Source of the DNA: a bacterium
GTDB lineage: Bacteria > Electryoneota > B3-LCP
DNA: 64,000 nt
Direction: 5' to 3'
NCBI GenBank assembly: GCA_026394195.1
Contig: JAPKYS010000054.1
Coordinates: 20,583 to 84,582 of the forward strand
The position numbers and the translations under genes were made by a program. Shown one piece after another: positions 1-7,182 of the stretch; position 1 is the first letter of the stretch; every line of letters starts with the position of its first letter. Below the pieces are notes generated by a model. That model was given only the letters and a program-made list of their open reading frames with translations. It did no database searches and was not told the DNA's origin.

Positions 1-366
1 CGTACTCCAAACGACATAAGCGCCACCCTGTTCATCGGAAAGTACCTCGGGGATTCCGGAATTAATCCATTGAGGCAATCCGGGAGCTAACTGGGTCATC
101 GGAGGGAACTCGAAATTACCGAAGCGGTTTATGATCTGGTAAATTATGCCGTTGTAGTCATGGTGATATGCAACCAGCACCCTTCCATTGGGGAAGGTCA
201 GAGCACATGGTAAGTCTTCGATTACGTCAGGGTCGGTCGCAATCGCCACATTTTCTGCCACGGTTCTGGGCCAATGGGCTTGGGCGGGCAGCGCCCATAA
301 AGTGGCAAGCAGCGCCGCCAGCAGTAGGGTAGCCAGCGCGGTAAGGGTCAGGGTTTGGGTTTTCAT
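1..366 (-). CDS. Hypothetical secreted protein, 5-prime partial at window edge
   Basis: Reverse-complement translation from ATG at 366-364 gives MKTQTLTLTALATLLLAALLATLWALPAQA..., a cleavable signal peptide. The ORF is open to the window start. It is absent from the ORF track only because it runs off the edge. Confidence 0.4.
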   Translation of the reverse strand, partial: MKTQTLTLTALATLLLAALLATLWALPAQAHWPRTVAENVAIATDPDVIEDLPCALTFPNGRVLVAYHHDYNGIIYQIINRFGNFEFPPMTQLAPGLPQWINSGIPEVLSDEQGGAYVVWST

Positions 367-396
367 GAGAGGCTCCTTAAATATTTAATTGTTGGA

Positions 397-600
397 GGGA
401 CGGGCTCCGTCCCGTCCTTGAGACAGTAACCAAGTAACCAGGTGAACAAGTAACCAGGTTTTAAGGACACGACGGAGCGTGTCCCTCCAGTCAGGCAGGA
501 ATGCCTGACCTCCCCATCAGCCCTCGCCCCGCCCTGAAGAACGGGGCTACGTCTAACTAGCCCCATGAATGGGGCAAAAAAGCAAATCAGGGCGGCACGC
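397..600. repeat. Composite of short palindromic repeat modules: GGGACGG hairpin 397-413, GTAACCAAGTAACC module 427-458, GGACACGAC..GTGTCC module 465-488, TCAGGCA hairpin 491-508, CCCCATGAATGGGG module 553-575
   Basis: Inverted repeats are visible directly. The same modules recur at 6860-6909, 24583-24620, 28722-28747, 49461-49494 and 10078-10095. Confidence 0.6.
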
Positions 601-735
601 AGTGCGCCTCTACATCTCGTGCCTCGAAACTCGCGTATCAAGAATATAATCACGAAATCTCCCAAAGTCAAGATTTATTTTCCAACCGAAGATAATTGTA
701 AGCCGTTTCTCTAAATTAATTTCCGATGTTAAGGC

Positions 736-812
736 GTGTCATTCCGGCTGGTCCGGAATCTGACACGCCGTCGGATTCCCGACGCATCCCTTCGGGACTT
801 GCGGGAATGACG
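736..812. repeat. ATTCC..GGAAT palindromic repeat unit (GTGTCATTCCGG..CCGGAATCTGACAC plus GATTCCCGACGCATCCCTTCGGGACTTGCGGGAATGAC)
   Basis: A near-identical 38-mer sits at 10218-10257. The reverse-complement copy of the first half is at 14724-14756. Related units are at 4102-4175, 33527-33573, 45767-45800, 49544-49578 and 60236-60300. Confidence 0.6.
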
Positions 813-912
813 GCCTGGTGTGCTGGGAATGTCGAGACTAAGAGATTAATATCAAGAAATGCTATAAATAAACCAAAATCCCGAAATTTCCTCCCATTAA
901 GCATCTTCCTGC

Positions 913-941
913 TTGACTTTCCTTTTGAAATTGAGTATATT
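913..941 (+). promoter_or_regulatory. Sigma70-like promoter: TTGACT (913-918), 17-nt spacer, TATATT (936-941), with conserved AATTGAGTATATT
   Basis: Matches the -35/-10 consensus with a 17-nt spacer. The same 13-mer AATTGAGTATATT occurs at the promoter at 6985-7013. Confidence 0.45.
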
Positions 942-986
942 ACCTTGTGCAAGGATCAAGTTGAGGGTCAAAGCAGTACAACCGGA

Positions 987-1736
987 GTGGCTCAGGAAAA
1001 ACCCTGGTATCATCACTGGTTCGGAGCGGATTACTTGGAGCTCTACGAGCACCGTTCCTCCGCCGAAGCCGCCCGCACCATTGGCTGGCTGCTGCGCGAG
1101 CTGAAGCTGCCTCCCGGCTCCCGAGTACTGGACTTGGCTTGCGGCAGCGGCAGACATGGCCGCGAGTTGTCCCGGTTGGGGTATCCGACCGTCGGATTGG
1201 ACCTCTCCTGGCCGCTCTTGACCCGGAACTGGGTTTCTCAGCATACTCCCGGAGTCCAACGGCTGCGCGGCGACATGCGGACTTTACCAGTCAAAGCAGG
1301 TAGCTTCGATCTGGCTCTGTCTCTGTTCACCAGTTTCGGGTACTTTGCGATAGAAGCCGATAACCAGCGGGTCGTTAACGAAGCGTCCCGCGCTTTGCGA
1401 AAATCGGGCTTCTACGTGCTGGATTTTCTGAATGCGGATCGGGTCAGAAGCAGTATTATCCCCGATGAGACCCGCAGACTGAAGGATCGGAAGGTCACCA
1501 TAACCCGCTGGGTAGACGTTCAGCAGCAACGAGTCGAGAAGAAAGTGACAATTCAGGAAAGGGACGGAACCGTCAGGGACTATCGGGAATCAGTCCGGCT
1601 CTATGGTCTTGACGAATTGCGACAGATGATGCAAAAGGCGGGTCTTACCATCCGATCGGTTCACGGGAATTACGACGGATCCAATTTCAACCAGGAATCA
1701 CCGAGATTAATCTTGATCGGTATCAAGGATGCCTAA
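987..1736 (+). CDS. Class I SAM-dependent methyltransferase. The track ORF is 726-1736, but its first 87 codons are read through the repeat element and promoter, so GTG 987 or TTG 943 is the likely start.
   Basis: LDLACGSGRHG is a glycine-rich SAM-binding motif I, followed by LDLS and FDLALSLFTSFGYF motifs. The stop overlaps the bshC start by 8 nt. Confidence 0.7.
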   Translation: MAQEKPWYHHWFGADYLELYEHRSSAEAARTIGWLLRELKLPPGSRVLDLACGSGRHGRELSRLGYPTVGLDLSWPLLTRNWVSQHTPGVQRLRGDMRTLPVKAGSFDLALSLFTSFGYFAIEADNQRVVNEASRALRKSGFYVLDFLNADRVRSSIIPDETRRLKDRKVTITRWVDVQQQRVEKKVTIQERDGTVRDYRESVRLYGLDELRQMMQKAGLTIRSVHGNYDGSNFNQESPRLILIGIKDA

Positions 1737-3363
1737 GAGTATCGCTTTTCATCGCTTGCCGGGCACGAACGCCCTCTTCCTGGATTACCTGGAAAATTTT
1801 GATAAAGTCAAACAGTTTTACTCCAATGACTACCGCCAGAACCCCAATCGCTGGGATACCGTCCAACAGAGTGCCAACATCTACAAGGAAGACCTGGTCG
1901 AGGGACTGTTGGAGAGCGCCAGACACTGGGAGTGTCGCAAGCAGGCCTTAAAAAACATCGAATTGCTGCGCAAACCGGAAACTCTGGCCGTGATGACCGG
2001 ACAGCAGGCCGGACTCTTCGGCGGACCGCTCTACACCTACTTCAAAGCGCTCAGCGCCGTCCTCTGGGCCAAGGAAATCCAGCGCCTCACCGGCAGACCC
2101 ACCGTCCCCATCTTCTGGATGGAGAGTTCCGACCACGATTTCTTCGAAGTCAATCACATCCGCCTGCTGAACCAGGACGGCGAAGAAATCACCCTGTCAA
2201 TTTCGGGTGCGCCCAAAGAAAAGCGCCGTATCGTCGGCGGAATAACCTTTAATGGTGAGATCGAGCAACTCATCCAGCGCCTCTGGACGCTGCTTCCTGC
2301 CAACACCTACCGCGGTCCTCACCTGGAAATGCTGGGGTCCTTCTACAAACCCGGCAACACCTTCGGCGACGCGTTCGCCGGCTTCTACAGCTATCTGTTC
2401 AGCGAAGATGGCCTGATCTTTTTCGACGCTCAGAACGATCGTTGCAAAAGAGCAGCTCTTCCCTTGCTGGACCGGATACTGGAAGCGAGTCCCAAACTCA
2501 ACGGACTGTTGGAAGAATCGTCCAAGACAGTCCTGAAAGCCGGATATCCGCCGCAGATACATCCGCAGAAAGACCGTCTGCAACTTTTCTTCCGGGAAGG
2601 CGAGGTGCGCATTCCCATCAGCACCAGCGGGGAGTTATTCTACGATGATAAACCCCCGGAGGCTGTCGGATTCGAAGAATTGCGCCGCCGCGCCGCGGCT
2701 CACCCAGAGCTTTTTATGCCCAAAGTCAGCCTGCGCCCCATCTTGCAGGATTTCCTCTTTCCGACGGCTGCTTATATCGCCGGCCCCGCCGAAATTGCCT
2801 ATTTCGCCCAATTGAAGCCGCTTTACCAGCAATTGGGCGTCAAAATGCCCGCGATCATACCGAGGCTTTCGCTCACGCTGATCGAAGCGAAGATTGAAAA
2901 AATCCTGGATAAATATAACTTCACTCCCGAAGAGTTGCGGCAGGGTCCGCAAGCGCTGATCGCGCAAAAATTAGAATCCGATCCAGGCAACGACCTGGTC
3001 GGTCTGTTCGCTCAGGTGCGCCAGCAGTGGGAAGAAATCCACGACCGATTGACCTTCGGGATGATGCGCATCGACCCTACTTTGCAACATCCCGTCGAAA
3101 AGACCATGGAACGCTGGCTTCAAGGGCTCGACGTGCTGGAAGAAAAAGCCAAATCTGCGCTTTCACGCAAAAACGAGACCTTTGTACAACAGATTAACAA
3201 GTGCTGCACTCATCTTTCGCCCGGCGGCAGCCTGCATGAACGGCGCTACAGCGTTCAGTATTATCTGGCTCGTTACGGGCGGGCTCTGACCTCGAAGATT
3301 CGTTCGCAAGCTCAGTTGGATCTCTACCGCCACCAGTTGATTTTTCTCGGAGAGGAAGAATAA
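1729..3363 (+). CDS. bshC: Bacillithiol biosynthesis cysteine-adding enzyme BshC (YllA family)
   Basis: N-terminus MPKSIAF...LFLDYL, then TGQQAGLFGGPLYTYFKALSAVLWAKE and PIFWMESSDHDFFEVNHI. This reproduces the B. subtilis YllA/BshC signature (GGQQAGL..GPLYT...IPIFW..EDHD). Length is 544 aa. Confidence 0.85.
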   Translation: MPKSIAFHRLPGTNALFLDYLENFDKVKQFYSNDYRQNPNRWDTVQQSANIYKEDLVEGLLESARHWECRKQALKNIELLRKPETLAVMTGQQAGLFGGPLYTYFKALSAVLWAKEIQRLTGRPTVPIFWMESSDHDFFEVNHIRLLNQDGEEITLSISGAPKEKRRIVGGITFNGEIEQLIQRLWTLLPANTYRGPHLEMLGSFYKPGNTFGDAFAGFYSYLFSEDGLIFFDAQNDRCKRAALPLLDRILEASPKLNGLLEESSKTVLKAGYPPQIHPQKDRLQLFFREGEVRIPISTSGELFYDDKPPEAVGFEELRRRAAAHPELFMPKVSLRPILQDFLFPTAAYIAGPAEIAYFAQLKPLYQQLGVKMPAIIPRLSLTLIEAKIEKILDKYNFTPEELRQGPQALIAQKLESDPGNDLVGLFAQVRQQWEEIHDRLTFGMMRIDPTLQHPVEKTMERWLQGLDVLEEKAKSALSRKNETFVQQINKCCTHLSPGGSLHERRYSVQYYLARYGRALTSKIRSQAQLDLYRHQLIFLGEEE

Positions 3364-3404
3364 ATCCGAGGCAGATCACGTGACACTTTAATGCGGAAGG
3401 AACT

Positions 3405-3647
3405 ATGAAAGTCATTGCATTTGTGCTCATCTCGGTCTCAGTAGGGAAAGCCCGGGAAGTCTATCGCGCCCTGCAAGATATGCGGGAAGTCGCCCAGGTC
3501 AATGCCATTTCCGGACCGTACGACATTATCGTCCGAATTGAGGCTTTCGACTTTGCCTCCATCGGAGCTTTGGTACTGGACAAGATCCAGGCGATCCCCG
3601 GCATCGAAGATACGATAACCTGTCAGGTTATCCCCATGGAGCAGTAA
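3405..3647 (+). CDS. Stand-alone Lrp/AsnC-type RAM (ligand-binding) domain protein, 80 aa, no HTH
   Basis: VSVGKAREVYRALQDMREVAQVNAISGPYDIIVRIEA is a typical AsnC C-terminal fold. A GGAAGGA RBS lies before the ATG. Confidence 0.65.
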   Translation: MKVIAFVLISVSVGKAREVYRALQDMREVAQVNAISGPYDIIVRIEAFDFASIGALVLDKIQAIPGIEDTITCQVIPMEQ

Positions 3648-3741
3648 ACCTCACTGGGGCGAGTTTGCGTTTCTTTACCAATCTATCCGAACCATCGTAT
3701 CAAGTTGAACTCCGTTGAAGCATTCAGCAGGAGGAACCGGC

Positions 3742-3984
3742 GTGCAAAGTGGCGCATACATCCTCATCTCCGTAACTGTCGGCAAAGCCCGCAAGGTCTT
3801 CGAGCAATTGGCGGCGCTGCCTGAAATTGCCCGAGTTGACGCCATTTCCGGACCTTATGACCTCATTGCCCGGGTGGAAGCGTCTGATTTTGGAGTGGTC
3901 GGTGTCCTGGTCCTGGATAAAATCCAGGCGATCCCCGGCGTGGTGGACACGGTCACCTGCCACGTGATCCCGATGAAGACATAG
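3742..3984 (+). CDS. Stand-alone Lrp/AsnC-type RAM domain protein, tandem paralog; GTG start with AGGAGG RBS
   Basis: About 65% identity to the 3405 gene product (VTVGKARKVFEQLAALPEIARVDAISGPYDLIARVEA). An AGGAGG sits 7 nt upstream of GTG 3742. The track ORF starts at 3715. Confidence 0.6.
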   Translation: MQSGAYILISVTVGKARKVFEQLAALPEIARVDAISGPYDLIARVEASDFGVVGVLVLDKIQAIPGVVDTVTCHVIPMKT

Positions 3985-4101
3985 GAGCTGCGAAGCTATT
4001 CGCAGCAGTTTCCTGTCCGAATCGACTATTAGGGGTTCGCTCCAGAACTTCTGTCCAATACTTATTAATCCGACCGGGAAATACTCGACAAACTATAGGC
4101 C

Positions 4102-4175
4102 GTCATTCCCGCAAGCGAAGCGCGTCGGGAATCGGACAGCCAATTCCGAATTCGCCCAGGCGGACGGTATGACTG
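4102..4175. repeat. ATTCCC-N16-GGGAAT palindromic repeat unit (GTCATTCCCGCAAGCGAAGCGCGTCGGGAATC..)
   Basis: Same family as 45767-45800 (GTCATTCCGGCAAGCGAAGCGCGTCCGGAATC). Confidence 0.55.
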
Positions 4176-4392
4176 GAGAACATTATCCACTATTAAGTGA
4201 TCAGGTTAATATTTGTCATTCGCTTCAGAACCTTCCGGCATGAGCTTTGCGATTATTTATTTTTTCCCATAAACTCAAGTGAATCGTGCAAATTGCAGCA
4301 GATTCAGCATAATTTGGCTCCTTCCCGCCACCTGTAAATGGTGGGACAGACTAAAACCTAATATCAACGATGCTAACCTCACGGAGATCAGA

Positions 4393-6813
4393 ATGAACTC
4401 GCGAAAGCTGTTACCAGGTTTGATCCTGATGCTTGGGGTTGTGTGCGCCCTTCAGGCCGCGCCGCAACCAATGGACGATCCGTCCGGCTATAAAATCCTC
4501 TTCGACATGCACGAAGGGAGAAATCCAGCCAGACTGGACAACACCGATGACGTGACTGGCTATAACGTCCTGCATTACGACCTTGCCATCCGCTTCAACC
4601 CCACCGATCACTCGGTTGCCGGACATGTGGACATGCGCTTTAAAAGCGATATCCCCTCACTGACCGATCTGGCCATGGATTTAAAGAGCAACATGGTGGT
4701 CGACAGCATTCGGGTCAATGGCGCTGCTGCCACTTACACCTTAACCAGCCCGGATAACCTGAACATCCATCTGCCCGTAGCCTTGCCGCAGGGGGATTCC
4801 GCTCTGGTAAAGATCTATTACCATGGCTTTCCTATCACCGGCAGTATGGGCGCGCTCTCCTGGGATCAACACCTGGGCGTGAACATTATCTCCTCACTGT
4901 CTGAATCCGAAGGCGCCCGCACCTGGTGGCCCTGCAAGGATATGCCCAGCGACAAAGCCACCGCCACCATGGCTTGGACGGTACCGAGTACTCTATATGC
5001 AACCAGCAATGGGAATCTGCAGAGTATCACCACGCCGGAACCGGGTTGGAAAACTTACTCCTGGGTGGAAAGCTACCCCATCACCACCTACCTGATCGCC
5101 GTCACCGCCACTAATTTCGCCCACTTCCGCAACTGGTACGTCTCCACGAGCGGTGATTCCATGCCGCTGGACAACTACGTCTACCCCGAAGATTCCCTGC
5201 ACGCCACCATTGATTTCGCTGATCTGGCGACCGTAATCGGTTATTTTGCCTCGGTCTTCGGACCCTACCCGTATCCTTCTGAAAAGTACGGCCATGCCGA
5301 GTTCCCCTGGGGCGGAGCCATGGAACACCAGACTCTGACCTCCTATGGAGAAGATTTAATTACCGGAACCAATGCCTATCACTGGATCATGGTGCACGAA
5401 CTGTCGCACCAATGGTGGGGAGACATGGTTACCTGCGAAACTTGGATGGATATCTGGCTGAATGAGGGTTTCGCCACCTATTGTGACGCTCTCTGGATTG
5501 AAAGCACCCAGGGGCAGACCGCTTTCCAATCACGCATGGCTTCCTTCCGGCAGACCTACTTCCAGGGTGACCAATATGGCGAGGGTCGTTTCCCCATCTA
5601 CAATCCGGTTCAAATGTGGGGCGGCACCGTCTATCAAAAGGGCGGCTGGATTCTGCACATGATTCGCTATGTCGTCGGCGAAGACGTCTTCTGGAACAGC
5701 TTCTGGCCGGCCTGGCGCAATAATTTCTCCTTCGACGCTGTGACCACGGCTGAACTGCAGCAAACGCTGGAAACCGTTTCCGGGCAGGATCTGGAATGGT
5801 TCTTCCATGAATGGGTTTACATGGCAGGCTACCCGGTGTATCAATGGGGTTGGACCACCGAAAACATCGGCGGCGGAGCGACGCGGGTGAAACTGTCGAT
5901 TCGCCAGACCCAGCAGTTAATCAACCAGACGCCCATCTTCACCATGCCCATCCAGATCAACATCGTGAAGAATACGGGTACGGAAACGGTCATCGCTCAG
6001 GACAGCCTGGCGTATCAGACCTTCAGCTTTGTGGTCAACGGAACGGTTTCTGACGTCCTCTTCGATCCGACTATATGGATTTTAAAGACGTCTACCGAAA
6101 CCGCCTACAGCGCTCCGGTGCAGACCGTAGCCATGACGCCCATCAATCCACCGATTCAGATCCCCGGTTCAGGCGGCAGTTTCCAGTACAACATCAATGT
6201 CCATAACACGGCAACGTCGCCTGTGAACATGGACATCTGGACTCTGATGAAGAAGCTGCCGAACGGTCCCTGGACGGGTCCCTATATGAACGCCAACCGC
6301 ACCATCGCGGCGGGAGGCAACCCGACCCGGTTGCGCTCTCAGAATATCGCCGCCGGTCTTGAAGCGGGCACGTATCTGTACGAAGCGCGCCTTGGCGATT
6401 ATCCGAATGCCATCTGGGACGTCACCAACTTCACGTTTATCAAGAACACGGCTGGCGATGCATCCGGCGGCTTCTTGGTGGATAACTTCGACAATACCGG
6501 AGAAGATTTCGATGACGCCTCTCTGGGCTCAACGGCGGCGAATCTCCCTGGCGAGTTCAAACTGATTGGTTCCACGCCCAATCCCTTCAATCCCACCACC
6601 ACCATCAGCTTCCAGCTGCCCGCAGCCAGCCGCATGAGCCTGGTTGTCTATGACGTCAGCGGTCGTCTGGTATCCACACTGGTGGACGGCTTCCGGGATG
6701 CGGGATCGCACCAGGTCACCTTCGATGGATCGAAGTTGGCTTCAGGCGTGTATCTGTACCGGCTGGAAGCAGGAGGTTACTCCGCTAATGGGAAAATGGT
6801 GCTGCTGAAGTAG
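4393..6813 (+). CDS. M1-family zinc aminopeptidase (aminopeptidase N-like) with T9SS type-A C-terminal sorting domain
   Basis: GAMEHQ (GAMEN-type exopeptidase motif), HELSHQWWG...NEGFATY (HEXXH-X18-E gluzincin). N-terminal signal peptide MNSRKLLPGLILMLGVVCALQA. The C-terminus is LIGSTPNPFNPTTTISFQLP...GKMVLLK, a T9SS CTD. The track ORF 4279-6813 is trimmed to the ATG at 4393. Confidence 0.85.
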   Translation: MNSRKLLPGLILMLGVVCALQAAPQPMDDPSGYKILFDMHEGRNPARLDNTDDVTGYNVLHYDLAIRFNPTDHSVAGHVDMRFKSDIPSLTDLAMDLKSNMVVDSIRVNGAAATYTLTSPDNLNIHLPVALPQGDSALVKIYYHGFPITGSMGALSWDQHLGVNIISSLSESEGARTWWPCKDMPSDKATATMAWTVPSTLYATSNGNLQSITTPEPGWKTYSWVESYPITTYLIAVTATNFAHFRNWYVSTSGDSMPLDNYVYPEDSLHATIDFADLATVIGYFASVFGPYPYPSEKYGHAEFPWGGAMEHQTLTSYGEDLITGTNAYHWIMVHELSHQWWGDMVTCETWMDIWLNEGFATYCDALWIESTQGQTAFQSRMASFRQTYFQGDQYGEGRFPIYNPVQMWGGTVYQKGGWILHMIRYVVGEDVFWNSFWPAWRNNFSFDAVTTAELQQTLETVSGQDLEWFFHEWVYMAGYPVYQWGWTTENIGGGATRVKLSIRQTQQLINQTPIFTMPIQINIVKNTGTETVIAQDSLAYQTFSFVVNGTVSDVLFDPTIWILKTSTETAYSAPVQTVAMTPINPPIQIPGSGGSFQYNINVHNTATSPVNMDIWTLMKKLPNGPWTGPYMNANRTIAAGGNPTRLRSQNIAAGLEAGTYLYEARLGDYPNAIWDVTNFTFIKNTAGDASGGFLVDNFDNTGEDFDDASLGSTAANLPGEFKLIGSTPNPFNPTTTISFQLPAASRMSLVVYDVSGRLVSTLVDGFRDAGSHQVTFDGSKLASGVYLYRLEAGGYSANGKMVLLK

Positions 6814-6818
6814 CATCG

Positions 6819-6842
6819 GAGGGGCGCGCTTCGTCGCGCCCT
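6819..6842 (+). terminator. GC hairpin GGGGCGCGC-TTCGT-CGCGCCC directly after the M1 peptidase stop
   Basis: Perfect inverted repeat. Member of the GGGGCGCAGC..GCTGCGCCCC hairpin family. Confidence 0.4.
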
Positions 6843-6984
6843 GATGATCTCATAATTTTGGACACGACAAAGCGTGTCCCTCCGGTTGTGGGCGGTTTTC
6901 GAACCGCCCCTTTCTGTTATGGGTAAAACAACGCTGAAAAAGCACCCCACCCCCAGAAAAATTTTCCTGAATATAAAATTCTAC

Positions 6985-7013
6985 TTGACTTTGACTAAAT
7001 AATTGAGTATATT
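6985..7013 (+). promoter_or_regulatory. Sigma70-like promoter TTGACT (6985-6990) - 17 nt - TATATT (7008-7013), with AATTGAGTATATT
   Basis: Same architecture and 13-mer as 913-941. About 170 nt upstream of the C25 peptidase start. Confidence 0.45.
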
Positions 7014-7182
7014 TTAACATGTGATTTTCATCTCTCCCTCAGATTCGAGGGCTGGATGTACAAAAATCATCTCGCGTTGCTTTGAAATCATCCAGCCGGT
7101 GATCTATACAGGAGGCAACGCAGTACAAAATCTGTGAAATAATACACATAATTAGCATAGTCAACTAAGCCATGGAGGTACA

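Noticed and set aside
396-600. Possibility that the dense hairpin repeats form a CRISPR array
   Set aside because: The repeat units differ from each other and are not regularly spaced with unique spacers. No cas genes are present. They are scattered across more than 20 intergenic sites rather than forming one array.
726-986. N-terminal 87 codons of the methyltransferase ORF (MLRRVIPAGPESDTPSDSRRIPSGLAGMT...)
   Set aside because: This stretch is read straight through an ATTCC palindromic repeat and through the predicted promoter at 913-941. The same repeat gives a similar spurious peptide at 10206 (SRRVPSRLAGMT). It is most likely not translated.
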